Shown: piece after piece, positions 15,857 to 25,256 of the stretch | Numbering within the stretch: the stretch's first letter is position 1 | Layout: each line of letters starts with the position of its first letter | Assembly: GCA_043812195.1 (NCBI GenBank) | Contig: JBDRML010000038.1 | Coordinates: 1 to 25,256, forward strand | DNA length: 25,256 nucleotides | Direction: 5' to 3' | Source of the DNA: Candidatus Woesearchaeota archaeon | GTDB taxonomy: Archaea > Nanobdellota > Nanobdellia > SCGC-AAA011-G17 > PNOQ01 | Notes under the pieces: generated by a model | Told to the model about the DNA's origin: nothing | Databases searched by the model: none | The model's input: the letters and a program-made list of their open reading frames with translations, nothing else | Translations under genes and position numbers: made by a program

Positions 15857-17034
15857 ACAACAAAACAGAAAACAAAATCAGACTACTAAGAGTTATAAAC
15901 TCATATGATGCATTAGGCGGACTGCAAATATTTGTAAGAGCACTAGATCAACGAATGATAGATGATGGCAAAGTAGATGTACACGCAATATACTTCACAA
16001 ATGATAAAGAAGAAAAAAATAGGGTAGATAAAGTTGGTGTAAAACGTTACCCAATCTATAAAGAAGAAACCAAAGGCCACACCACCCCATTTAACAGTTG
16101 GTATTCATTCTTAAAAAAACTTAATAGGACAATAAAAGAAGAAGATATAGATATTGTTCAGGTAAACTATCCTTATTATGCAAGAGCAGCTTGGTCAAGT
16201 ATTTTAGTATCTAAACTATTTAATAGAAAACCAACTATACTAACACACCATGGAGATTTTATGAATCTAGGGAATCCAGTAAGAGAATATATACTAAGAT
16301 CAATATTCAACCTTGCTGATGCAAAAGTAGGTGTATGTAAAACATCAGCTATGGCAGCTGGGTCAGGAAGTAAAAAAAATAAGGACGCATTAGATATAAG
16401 TAGCTTTGTTGATTATGATTTCTTTGATCCAAAAAAAGGAAATGGCAATCCTTTAAAAGATAGTACAAATGGAGAACACCTATTTATCTATCCAGCAAGA
16501 ATAGTACCAGCAAAAGGTCAAGAAGACTTAGTCGATGCAGTTAGAATAGCACAAGAAAGGTATGGTAACAATTTCTCAGTAGTAATAGTAGGAAGTACAG
16601 AAGACAAAAAATTTGAACAATACTTAAAAGAAAAAATAAATAAGTTAGATCTAAAAGATAGAGTAACAATACATTCACCAGTATCACAAGAGAAATTAAG
16701 AGATATTTACAGTGAATCGACCCTAATCATACCAAGCCACAGAGAAGGACTACCACTAGTCTTATTAGAAGCTCTATCCATGGAGAGACCAGTTATCACC
16801 ACAAGAGTTGGGGGAGTAACCGAGGTTATAGAACATGGAGAAAATGGAGTGTTAGTAGAACCAAGAAATCCAGAATCACTTGCAGAAGGAATTGGATTTA
16901 TCTTACAACAAAATCCAGAAAAACTAAGAGACTTTGGTAGAAAGGGTAGAAAAATTGTAACACAAAGATACAGTTTAGATAAAGTAGTAGAAAATCATTA
17001 TAGATTATACGAGCAAGTATTAAGAAAAAATTAA
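15853..17034 (+). CDS. Glycosyltransferase family 4
   Basis: GGLQ, ARIVPAKGQ, EGLPLVLLEALSMERPVITTRVGG. Confidence 0.92.
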   Translation: MNNKTENKIRLLRVINSYDALGGLQIFVRALDQRMIDDGKVDVHAIYFTNDKEEKNRVDKVGVKRYPIYKEETKGHTTPFNSWYSFLKKLNRTIKEEDIDIVQVNYPYYARAAWSSILVSKLFNRKPTILTHHGDFMNLGNPVREYILRSIFNLADAKVGVCKTSAMAAGSGSKKNKDALDISSFVDYDFFDPKKGNGNPLKDSTNGEHLFIYPARIVPAKGQEDLVDAVRIAQERYGNNFSVVIVGSTEDKKFEQYLKEKINKLDLKDRVTIHSPVSQEKLRDIYSESTLIIPSHREGLPLVLLEALSMERPVITTRVGGVTEVIEHGENGVLVEPRNPESLAEGIGFILQQNPEKLRDFGRKGRKIVTQRYSLDKVVENHYRLYEQVLRKN

Positions 17035-17651
17035 TTGCTTTTCCTCTTATATCTTCCTCTCAATTCAACTTTCCCTAATCTTTCCATAGTCTCTTTATAC
17101 TTTTCACTCTTCTTATAACCTAATAAAAAATTCTTAAAACATTCTTCATAAAACATAAAATGTTTGCTTTCAAATGCCTGTCTCACTAAATGAATATCAA
17201 CAGCCTTATCTTCTATCTTCTCAGAAATATATCCAAGACCAAAATCAACGAAATAAACTTTTTCATCATTCCAAATCATATTAGAAGTAGTCAAATCCCC
17301 ATGAATAATATTCCTATCATGCATCAAAGCAACTTGCTTACCAATCTCAACACAAACTTTTTTCCTTTTGTTATCATCATAACTATCCAAACTACTTTTC
17401 AATAAATCTCCTTTAATAAATTCAATTCCAATTTTACATTCATCTTCATTAAACATTAAAACTTCAGGCACATTCACACCCACAGCTTTACATTTTTTCA
17501 ATAATTTATCTTCTCTCCTTGTAGGATATTTTCTCTTAACCAAATCAATCTCAGGCCTTCTATAACCTTTAGAAATCCTTTCCTTAACTAACATACTTCC
17601 AACTTTATACAAAACTGCTTCCGCTCCCCTATAAATGAATTTTTTGTTCAT
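17031..17651 (-). CDS. bud32: KEOPS complex kinase/ATPase Bud32
   Basis: GAEA, KERISKGYR, IIHGDLTTSN, VDFGLG, EDKAVD, RGRY; start at MNKKFIYRGAEA preferred to 17705 to limit overlap with tdk. Confidence 0.93.
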   Translation of the reverse strand: MNKKFIYRGAEAVLYKVGSMLVKERISKGYRRPEIDLVKRKYPTRREDKLLKKCKAVGVNVPEVLMFNEDECKIGIEFIKGDLLKSSLDSYDDNKRKKVCVEIGKQVALMHDRNIIHGDLTTSNMIWNDEKVYFVDFGLGYISEKIEDKAVDIHLVRQAFESKHFMFYEECFKNFLLGYKKSEKYKETMERLGKVELRGRYKRKSN

Positions 17652-18240
17652 GTTCAACAAAATGATGTTTAGAACATCTCGGTTCATATTTTTCTTTTCC
17701 ACCAACCAAAATCAAATCATTCCCTTTTACAATTCTCTGAGTTCTTGTTGCTACCACGCCACATCTTTCATTTCCACTAATTAAATAATCACATTCAGCA
17801 GTTAGTATAACAGGATCATCAGCTATAACTAATAAATCTCCAATATGTCTATCTGAATCTCTTAATTTAAATGGCTCGCCTTTATAATTTTGATTTAACC
17901 CAGCAACCACAATATTTTTACCTTCTGAATACAATTCAAAAATATCATCAAAAACCCTACCATCAAAAAACTGAAATTCGTCAAAGGCATAACCATGCAT
18001 ACCATAATTCAAAACTATTTTAAAATATTCATAATTCTCTACCAAAGTAGCTCTTAAAATACTTTTATCATGAGATACTATTTCAGCTTTTGCACCATGC
18101 CTTCCATCTATAGCAGGTTTTAAAACTTGTACATTTTTCCTAGCTTTTTCAGAACATCTTACTCTCCTAATCAACTCTTCAGTCTTACCAGAAAACATTG
18201 GTCCTGTTATAACTTCCAATCTTCCAGATCTTACATTCAT
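17629..18240 (-). CDS. tdk: Thymidine kinase (TK1-like)
   Basis: GPMFSGKTEELIRR, DEFQFF, VAGL...GEPF, ILVGGKEKYEPRC. Confidence 0.94.
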   Translation of the reverse strand: MNVRSGRLEVITGPMFSGKTEELIRRVRCSEKARKNVQVLKPAIDGRHGAKAEIVSHDKSILRATLVENYEYFKIVLNYGMHGYAFDEFQFFDGRVFDDIFELYSEGKNIVVAGLNQNYKGEPFKLRDSDRHIGDLLVIADDPVILTAECDYLISGNERCGVVATRTQRIVKGNDLILVGGKEKYEPRCSKHHFVEHEQKIHL

Positions 18241-19574
18241 TTTGGCATCCTTTTCTGAAATTTTTTCATCATCTTTTCAGGATCACCCTTCATCATCTTC
18301 ATTATTTTTTTACTCTGTCTATAATGCTTTAATAACTCTCTAACATCACCAGCAGTACATCCACTACCTTTAGCTATCCTTTCTATTCTAGTTCTACTAA
18401 AAACTTTATCTGGATCTTCTAACTCTTCTTTAGTCATTGATTGCATTATTACTTTCCATTTTTTCAATTTTCCTTCTTGAACATTCAAAACATCTTTAGG
18501 CAACTTCATTTGTCCCATTCCAGGTATCATATCCATAATCTTACTTAATGGACCCATCTTTTTCATTGCTTGCATCTGTTCGTACATATCTAAAAAATTA
18601 AAATCACCTTTCAAAAATTTCTTACCTAAATCTTCAGCTTGCTCAGCACTCATAGATTCCTTAGCTTTTTCTAATAAAGCCTCAATATCTCCCATTCCCA
18701 ACAAGCGACCAACAAAACCTTCAGGATTAAATTCTTCTAAATCATCAACACCTTCACCCACTCCAATAAATTTAATAGGAGCACCAGTCACAACAGTACC
18801 AGTTAACGCACCGCCACCACGAGCAGTACCATCTAACTTAGTAACCACCACACCAGTAATATCACAACTTTTATTGAACTGATCAGCTTGCTTTTCAGCA
18901 GCCTGTCCAATATCTGCACTCATAACTAATAATTTTTCATCAGGCTTAATTTTCTTATTCAAATTTTCAATCTCTTTAACTAAATCTTCAGATAAAGCAT
19001 CTCTTCCAGCAGTGTCAATAATCACAATATCAAATCCAGCTAAATCTTTTTCATACCTATTCCATATTTTTAAAGGATCTTTCTCTTGTTTATCAATAAA
19101 AAAAGGAGCATTAATCTTTTCAGCCATTTGTTTTATTTGATCCATAGCAGCAGGCCTATGCACATCCAAACCAATAAGAGCAATTTTATATCCTCTTTTC
19201 ATATAATACTTAGCAATCTTAGCAGCATTGGTTGTCTTTCCACTCGCAAACAAACCAACCATCATAATTTTAAACGGTTTTTTCTTAGAAATCTTAATAC
19301 CTTTTCTCTCTCCACCTAAAAATTTAACCAATTCATCATAAACAATCTTAACTAAATAATCTCTATAATTCATACCTTTAGGAATATCTTTCTCCAGAGC
19401 TTTTTTCTTAATTCCCTTGCTTAATTCAAAAACATGTTTAACATTAACATCAGAACTTAATAAAGCTCTTTGAATATCTTTAACTAGTTCATCAACTAAT
19501 CTTTCATCCACTAAACTAGCTCCAGCTATCTTTTTCAGGGTTTTCTTTAATGAATCACTAAATTTCTCTAACAT
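18237..19574 (-). CDS. srp54: Signal recognition particle protein SRP54
   Basis: DIQRALLSSDVNV, GLFASGKTT, DTAGR, TKLDG, RLLGMGD, Met-rich M domain with RIERIAKGSG. Confidence 0.97.
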   Translation of the reverse strand: MLEKFSDSLKKTLKKIAGASLVDERLVDELVKDIQRALLSSDVNVKHVFELSKGIKKKALEKDIPKGMNYRDYLVKIVYDELVKFLGGERKGIKISKKKPFKIMMVGLFASGKTTNAAKIAKYYMKRGYKIALIGLDVHRPAAMDQIKQMAEKINAPFFIDKQEKDPLKIWNRYEKDLAGFDIVIIDTAGRDALSEDLVKEIENLNKKIKPDEKLLVMSADIGQAAEKQADQFNKSCDITGVVVTKLDGTARGGGALTGTVVTGAPIKFIGVGEGVDDLEEFNPEGFVGRLLGMGDIEALLEKAKESMSAEQAEDLGKKFLKGDFNFLDMYEQMQAMKKMGPLSKIMDMIPGMGQMKLPKDVLNVQEGKLKKWKVIMQSMTKEELEDPDKVFSRTRIERIAKGSGCTAGDVRELLKHYRQSKKIMKMMKGDPEKMMKKFQKRMPK

Positions 19575-19758
19575 ATTAATAAAATTAAAACTTAAACAGA
19601 GTTTTTAAATGTTTTCTATATAAATTTATTCATCTATTTATTATTTTATTTATTTCCTTTTTTAAATGTAACCAGCCAACATTAAGAAAATTATCTCTTT
19701 TGCTATTGCTTCTCATCTTAACAAAAAAATTATACAATGCAGTTTTACAAAAAATATG

Positions 19759-20991
19759 CTACTCTAGGCGCTTAAGAAGAATTATATCACTGCCTTTTGT
19801 AATTGAATTTTCTAATAAAATAGAGTTTCCAGACTCCAAACTTCTTGTGCTATCATACATAGTTATTTTACCTAATTTAAATTCCGCAAATGTTGAATGA
19901 GAATATGACCAAAAAATCCTATTAATGATAAAACCGCCACCTTCTAACACCCCGGCTTCTTTAAGAGCTTCACCTATTGCCATATGTTCTTTAACATTAT
20001 AAGTTGTTCCTTTCAGACCGTTTTTTGCTAAAATACTAACCATCTCTTGTGTGGTTAACCCATTACAATAATTATTTAATCTTGTTCCAGCTTTCTGGGC
20101 TATAGTATAAACTGTCTCTTTTTTACCAAAAAATGAGTTAACAGCTGAACCAATTGCGCAATAACCGCAATCACCGGGAACTACGCTCGAAACAGTAATA
20201 GATTCAACTAAATTTTTCTGCTGTAGATTTAATCTTGTACTAAATTCCCCCCCATTCATCAAAAATTTAACCATGCCTCCAATTCCTCTTAAATAACGAG
20301 CCTGACGTAAAGCCTTAAACCATTGTCCTAAACTCCCAAACCGGGAAATTCCAACTGCAGGTGCCATCTCCATTTGAGCATTTTCATAACCCCCTAAAGG
20401 CCTAATAATACCTGGATATTCATAAGCACCATTTACATCCCCCAATAAATCATTTCCTGCTTCACTAAAAATATTTTCTTGCAAATTCTGATTCGACTCT
20501 CCTCCAGAATATAATTCTCTTATTCTACTCCAATCATCATTAGTACTTTCATCTTGTGATCCGCTTGGATCCACATATTTCAAAGGATTATTTCCAACAT
20601 AAGCATAAGGACTTACACTAGAACTAAATACTGGATCTACAGAAATAAATCTAGAAATAGAAGGATCATAATATCTAGCTCCATAATAATATAAATCTTC
20701 ATCTTCTTCCTGTCCTGTAAATTTATAATTATTACTTAATCCTTCTTTACTTCCTTTCTCATCAAAATCTTCTCCAAAAGGATATTGAACATTTTTAGAA
20801 ATAATTTCTCCATCTTCATTAGTTACTATTTTATTACTTCCTAAAAAATCTTGATTATAATAAGTAATATCATCTCCTTCCTTACTAGCAACTAATCCAT
20901 TAGCTCCATATACATATATCTTTTCTTCAGCAAGAACAGATATAGGCATAGCAATAACTAACAAAATTATAAAGATCACGCTCTTTTTCAT
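19759..20991 (-). CDS. Secreted RHS repeat-associated core protein with papain/C39-like C-terminal domain
   Basis: Signal peptide; YYNQDFLGS, YPFGE, YKFTGQEEDEDLYYYGARYYDPSISRFISVDP, YAYVGNNPLKYVDPSG; C-terminal GDCGYCA...HSTF...YDS. Confidence 0.85.
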   Translation of the reverse strand: MKKSVIFIILLVIAMPISVLAEEKIYVYGANGLVASKEGDDITYYNQDFLGSNKIVTNEDGEIISKNVQYPFGEDFDEKGSKEGLSNNYKFTGQEEDEDLYYYGARYYDPSISRFISVDPVFSSSVSPYAYVGNNPLKYVDPSGSQDESTNDDWSRIRELYSGGESNQNLQENIFSEAGNDLLGDVNGAYEYPGIIRPLGGYENAQMEMAPAVGISRFGSLGQWFKALRQARYLRGIGGMVKFLMNGGEFSTRLNLQQKNLVESITVSSVVPGDCGYCAIGSAVNSFFGKKETVYTIAQKAGTRLNNYCNGLTTQEMVSILAKNGLKGTTYNVKEHMAIGEALKEAGVLEGGGFIINRIFWSYSHSTFAEFKLGKITMYDSTRSLESGNSILLENSITKGSDIILLKRLE

Positions 20992-21064
20992 AATTAAATA
21001 TAAGAATTAAAGATATATAAAACTAACCAAAAACCTTATTAATCTAATTCACAATTTTCATTTA

Positions 21065-21565
21065 ATGTCAGATTCAATAACTATAGCCAGCAGATTAAAA
21101 GTATATGAAAGGGGTATTTTTAATTTAGATGAATTATACAAGGCCATAAAAGGTTGGTTGGTTTTTGAGGGTTTTGGAGATCATGAAAAAACATTCAGAG
21201 AAGAATCATACGTTGAAAGAATAAAAGGCGATGCAAAACAAATAGAAATCAAATGGAAAGCAGAAAAACTAATTAACGAATATATAAGCTATGTAATGAC
21301 AATAACATACAATATAAATGGATTAACAGAAATAGAAATAGAACAAGATGGAAGAAAAATAAAAATGAACAAAGGATTAGTAATTATATTCATAAGTTCT
21401 AAAATAATTTTAGACAGACAAGACAAATGGAAAAGCGATTTCTTCAGAAGTATATATGAAAATTTAATAATAAGAGAAAAAATAGAAGCACATAAAGAAG
21501 ATCTTTATAATAAAACGTACAAACTTCAAAACGAATTAAAAGCATTTTTTGATATGAATAGATAA
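21065..21565 (+). CDS. Hypothetical protein
   Basis: 166-aa ORF with host-like codon usage, same strand as the downstream ATPase. Confidence 0.75.
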   Translation: MSDSITIASRLKVYERGIFNLDELYKAIKGWLVFEGFGDHEKTFREESYVERIKGDAKQIEIKWKAEKLINEYISYVMTITYNINGLTEIEIEQDGRKIKMNKGLVIIFISSKIILDRQDKWKSDFFRSIYENLIIREKIEAHKEDLYNKTYKLQNELKAFFDMNR

Positions 21566-21597
21566 ATATTTAAACTAAACTCAAGAAATTATTAAAA

Positions 21598-23385
21598 ATG
21601 GCAAGTTATGTACCCGACACTTCTGTAATAATAGAAGGATTAGTATCTAAATTAATAGAAAAGAAAGAAATAACTGGAACAATCCTAATTCCAAATGCTG
21701 TAGTAGCAGAACTAGAATCTCAAGCAAATAAAAAAAGAGAAATTGGATTCTTAGGTTTAGATGAACTAAAAAAACTACAAAATTTAAAAAAAGAAAAAAT
21801 CATAGATTTAAGATTTGTAGGCTCAAGACCAACTAACGATCAAATTAAATTAGCAAAATCAGGAGAAATTGACGCACTAATAAGACAAATTGCTTATGAA
21901 GAAGACGCAACATTAATAACAGCAGATAGAGTACAATCACAATCAGCAGCAGTCTATGGATTAAAAGTAAAATTCATAGAACAAAAAACACCCCAAGTAA
22001 AACTAAAAATAGAAAAATTCTTTGATGAACATACAATGTCAGTTCATATTAAAGGAGGAACAATACCAACTGCAAAAAGAGGAAAACCAGGAAATTGGCA
22101 GCTAGTAAAACTAACAAAAAATCCATTATCTTACACAAAAGTAAATGAATTAGCAAAAGAAATAGTAGAAAAAGCAAAGATGGATCCAAAATCTTTCATA
22201 GAAATATCAAGAGCAGGTTCTTCAGTTATTCAATATAAAAATTATAGAGTAGTAATAGTAAGACAACCAGTTTCAGATAGTATAGAAATTACAGCAATTA
22301 GACCAATCACAAAATTAAATTTATCAGATTATAAAGTTCCAAAAGATATCTTAGAAAGAATAAAAACCAAAGCAAGAGGAATCTTAATAGCAGGAGAAGT
22401 TGGCTCTGGAAAAAGCACATTCGCACAAGCAATAGCAAATTATTATTCAAAAGATAATAAAATAGTTAAAACCGTAGAATCTCCAAGAGACTTACAAGTT
22501 TCAGATGACATAACTCAATATTCAAAAAGTTTCACAACGTCAGAAGAAATTCATGATATATTATTTTTATCAAGACCAGACAATATAATTTTTGATGAAA
22601 TAAGAGACACTCCAGACTTCAGATTATTTACAGATTTAAGATTAGGTGGCTCAAATTGTTTAGGTGTAATTCATTCTGCATCAGCTATAGACTCTATTCA
22701 AAGATTCATTGGAAGATTAGAAACAGGAGTTATACCATCAATTTTAGACACAATAATTTTCATGGAAAGCGGAGAAATTAATTCAGTTCTCTCTTTAAAA
22801 ATGACTGTAAAAGTTCCAACTGGAATGACAGAATCAGATTTAGCAAGGCCAATAATAGAAGTTTTTGATGTTATAGAAAATAAATTAGCATATGAAATAT
22901 ATAGTTATGGTGAAGAAACAGTAGTTATTCCAGTATCATCAGAAAAGTCTCCTACAATGGACTTAGCAGAAAAACAATTAGAAAGAGAAATCAAACAATA
23001 TTCAAACAAAGCAAAAGTAGAAATCATATCACCATCAAGAGCAATAATTTACGTCCCAGAAAATGAAATAGCATCAATAATAGGAACTAAAGGAAAAAGA
23101 ATAGAAAACATAGAAAATAATGTAGGAATTAAATTAACAGTAAAACCTTTAGAAGTTAAAAAAGAAACAACAAGTTTCAATGCAAACGAAACAAAGAAAT
23201 ATATTTTACTAGAATTCTCAAAAACTCAAGCTAAAAAACAAGCAGAATTTTCAATAGAAGACACATTCTTATTCTCAGCAATAGTTTCAAATGATGGAAA
23301 AATAAAAATCCATAAAAAATCTCAATTAGGAAGAACAATTCTAGACGCTATAAACACAAATAAAAAAATAGAAGCTAAAGTTTAA
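21598..23385 (+). CDS. PIN-domain/P-loop ATPase/KH protein (PINA family)
   Basis: PIN motifs VPDTS, AELE, EID, TAD; Walker A GEVGSGKS; FDEIRD; GVIHS; KH motif IIGTKGKRI. Confidence 0.92.
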   Translation: MASYVPDTSVIIEGLVSKLIEKKEITGTILIPNAVVAELESQANKKREIGFLGLDELKKLQNLKKEKIIDLRFVGSRPTNDQIKLAKSGEIDALIRQIAYEEDATLITADRVQSQSAAVYGLKVKFIEQKTPQVKLKIEKFFDEHTMSVHIKGGTIPTAKRGKPGNWQLVKLTKNPLSYTKVNELAKEIVEKAKMDPKSFIEISRAGSSVIQYKNYRVVIVRQPVSDSIEITAIRPITKLNLSDYKVPKDILERIKTKARGILIAGEVGSGKSTFAQAIANYYSKDNKIVKTVESPRDLQVSDDITQYSKSFTTSEEIHDILFLSRPDNIIFDEIRDTPDFRLFTDLRLGGSNCLGVIHSASAIDSIQRFIGRLETGVIPSILDTIIFMESGEINSVLSLKMTVKVPTGMTESDLARPIIEVFDVIENKLAYEIYSYGEETVVIPVSSEKSPTMDLAEKQLEREIKQYSNKAKVEIISPSRAIIYVPENEIASIIGTKGKRIENIENNVGIKLTVKPLEVKKETTSFNANETKKYILLEFSKTQAKKQAEFSIEDTFLFSAIVSNDGKIKIHKKSQLGRTILDAINTNKKIEAKV

Positions 23386-23393
23386 AATAAAAA

Positions 23394-23664
23394 GCAGGCG
23401 CGCTTAGAAATCGAAATAAAAATTAAGCATAAGTTTAATCCCAACCTTTCCTCCTCTCTGCTACTCACAAGCGCCAACATTAAAACTTAAAGCTGCTCCG
23501 TTCCCGGTCTGACTTGGTTCATTAAAACGCCAACCCTGTAAGACAAAGGATCAACGTACGAGTTAAGACTTACACTCAAAGTTTAAGCCTCACTCTAAGC
23601 TTCAACCCCATCATATAGCCCATTTATGGTTGCAGGTGAGGACTAACCACCCGGTCTAGCCTAC
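23394..23664 (-). ncRNA. ffs: Archaeal SRP (7S) RNA, ~270 nt
   Basis: Helix 8 motif GAACCAAGTCAGACCG-GGAA-CGGAGCAGC; terminal pairing GTAGGC/GCCTGC; Alu-like 5' region GGGTG..CACC-TGCAA-CCAT..ATGG. Confidence 0.9.
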
Positions 23665-23742
23665 ATAGAATTAGAGCTATTACCCTTTTTTAAACCTTTC
23701 TAAATAGAAAAACTTATAACCAAACTAGCATTTGACTAAAAT

Positions 23743-24015
23743 ATGGAACTAGGCGGAAGCATTACACTTGAAAATTTTGACAACATAGAACCTGCAAAAT
23801 TAATAGTAGTAAAAAAATTTGTAGGCACATATGCAAAAACACTTTCAGAAAAACAAACAGGGTTCAAAAAATTAGTTGTATCTCTAACACCAGATTCAGC
23901 ATACGAAATAAAAGCGATTTCACATGGTATTCAAGACCAAGGAATAATTGTATCTGGACCGAACCTCTTCTTTGTTCTAGATAAGGTATTATCAGAATTA
24001 GTCAAAAAAATATAA
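23743..24015 (+). CDS. Hypothetical protein
   Basis: 90-aa ORF upstream of rpl21e with TATA-like TTATAA. Confidence 0.75.
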   Translation: MELGGSITLENFDNIEPAKLIVVKKFVGTYAKTLSEKQTGFKKLVVSLTPDSAYEIKAISHGIQDQGIIVSGPNLFFVLDKVLSELVKKI

Positions 24016-24066
24016 TAAAAACCTTTATAAACAGATTAATTTTCATAAATTCAAGGTATATTAAAA

Positions 24067-24357
24067 ATGCAAAGAGTCGGTGGATTTAGAAGGAAAACAA
24101 GACAGAAATTAAGAAAAAATGTAAGAGACAAAGGCAAAATCAGCATTACAAATTACATTAAAAAACTGTCAGAAGGAGATAGTGTACAGCTAAAAGCAGA
24201 GCCAGCAGTACAAAAAGGCATGTATTTCCCAAGATTTCATGGAAAAACAGGGAAAGTTATAAAAAAACAAGGAACAAACTATTATGTTGAAGTAAAAGAT
24301 GGAAACAAGAAAAAATTAATACTTATTCATCCAGTTCACTTAAAAAAATGGAAATAA
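24067..24357 (+). CDS. rpl21e: 50S ribosomal protein L21e
   Basis: GFRRKTR, VQKGM..PRFHGKTG, HPVHLK. Confidence 0.96.
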   Translation: MQRVGGFRRKTRQKLRKNVRDKGKISITNYIKKLSEGDSVQLKAEPAVQKGMYFPRFHGKTGKVIKKQGTNYYVEVKDGNKKKLILIHPVHLKKWK

Positions 24358-24677
24358 TAAAAGAAACACCATTATGTTTACCAGAAATGAAAGAAAAGCT
24401 AGAAATTTTCAAAAAGAGAGATAAAGAGCTTAATTTCAGAGCAAAAAAAGTAGAAGGCTATCTAAATCATGCAACAAAAATCAAAGATTATAAAGAATTC
24501 AAAAAAGATTTAGAAAGTTTAGAACTATCAAGATTAAAAGAAAAACATACAGCACTAATAATCAACATTTGCCCAAAAGACGAAGACAGTCTAAAAACCA
24601 TACTTTCAAGTGAAAACCTAACACTTAAAAAGGAAGATATGACTAAAATATTAGAAGTAGTGAATAAATATGCATAA
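24348..24677 (+). CDS. rpoF: RNA polymerase subunit Rpo4 (RpoF)
   Basis: ELNFR, IINICPKDEDSLKTIL, ILEVVNKY; conserved rpl21e-rpoF-DUF655 order. Confidence 0.85.
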   Translation: MEIIKETPLCLPEMKEKLEIFKKRDKELNFRAKKVEGYLNHATKIKDYKEFKKDLESLELSRLKEKHTALIINICPKDEDSLKTILSSENLTLKKEDMTKILEVVNKYA

Positions 24678-24697
24678 CAACATAATACTAAAAGAAA

Positions 24698-25255
24698 ATG
24701 ATGAGAAATCAACAACGAGAGGAATTTGCAATTATATTGGATTTCCTACCCAATGGATATCCGTTCGATATAAGACCGCTTCACCAGAAGACACCTATAG
24801 CGCAAGCTCTCGGTAAGAATTATTTTACACTTTTAGAATTAATACCAAAAAAAGGCGAATTTTTAGAAATTCATGAAGAAGTATACATGGGAGAAGGCAA
24901 AAGAGACAAAATACACCACATAGCTGGAAGAGTCCTATTCTCAAAATTAACACAAACTGCAAAATCAGAATTAGAATTAGTAATAAGAGAACTAGTAAAA
25001 AAAGATGAAAAGAGATTTGTTGAGTTCTTTAACAAAGCAGGTCCAATAAATACAAGAATTCATCAAATGGAACTTTTGCCAGGAATTGGTAAAAAGCACA
25101 CCATGGAAATAATAGAATCAAGAGAAGAAAAGGAGTTCGAAAATTTTCAAGATATTAAAAATAGAGTAAAGTTAATACCAGATCCAGAGTCTGCTGTAAT
25201 TAAAAGAATATTCTTAGAGTTGGAAAACAAAGACAAACATAGATTATTCGTATAA
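24698..25255 (+). CDS. DUF655 putative RNA-binding protein with helix-hairpin-helix
   Basis: EEFAIILDFLP, FTLLEL, RFVEFFNKAGPI..RIHQMELLPGIGKK. Confidence 0.9.
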   Translation: MMRNQQREEFAIILDFLPNGYPFDIRPLHQKTPIAQALGKNYFTLLELIPKKGEFLEIHEEVYMGEGKRDKIHHIAGRVLFSKLTQTAKSELELVIRELVKKDEKRFVEFFNKAGPINTRIHQMELLPGIGKKHTMEIIESREEKEFENFQDIKNRVKLIPDPESAVIKRIFLELENKDKHRLFV

Positions 25256-25256
25256 A

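Noticed and set aside
17652-17705. N-terminal extension of Bud32 given in the ORF track
   Set aside because: Lies within tdk coding sequence; the family motif GAEA begins shortly after the Met at 17651.
19630-19716. 28-codon minus-strand ORF after the RHS gene as an immunity gene
   Set aside because: Too short, low complexity and no SD; no support.
23680-23688. TTACCCTTT half-site upstream of SRP RNA
   Set aside because: Single arm with no inverted partner, within an ordinary promoter region.

Overview
AT-rich archaeal chromosome segment, most consistent with a DPANN lineage such as Woesearchaeota/Pacearchaeota (inferred from gene content: rps3ae, rps15, GAN/RecJ-type DHH nuclease, stand-alone Bud32, SRP54, PINA ATPase, rpl21e-rpoF-DUF655, 7S SRP RNA, intron-containing tRNAs). 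The left 7 kb encodes surface/secreted proteins: two paralogues (one with an inserted LamG domain), a Cys-rich glycosidase-like protein and a beta-helix protein. The most unusual region is 7359-10379. The 3' end of tRNA-Thr(TGT) recurs three times downstream of the gene, and two copies sit in related ~42-bp hairpin-capable sites. These sites delimit small integrase-free gene cassettes (~0.37, ~0.50, ~2.06 kb). Inside the largest, a Fic gene with a probable N-terminal DNA-binding domain is bracketed by two 38-bp palindromes. Other accessory items are a RelE-like toxin-antitoxin pair at tRNA-Gln, a three-gene glycosyltransferase cluster and a barrel-less secreted RHS-core protein with a papain/C39-like tip. 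All functional calls come from motif reading by eye; no database searches were run.
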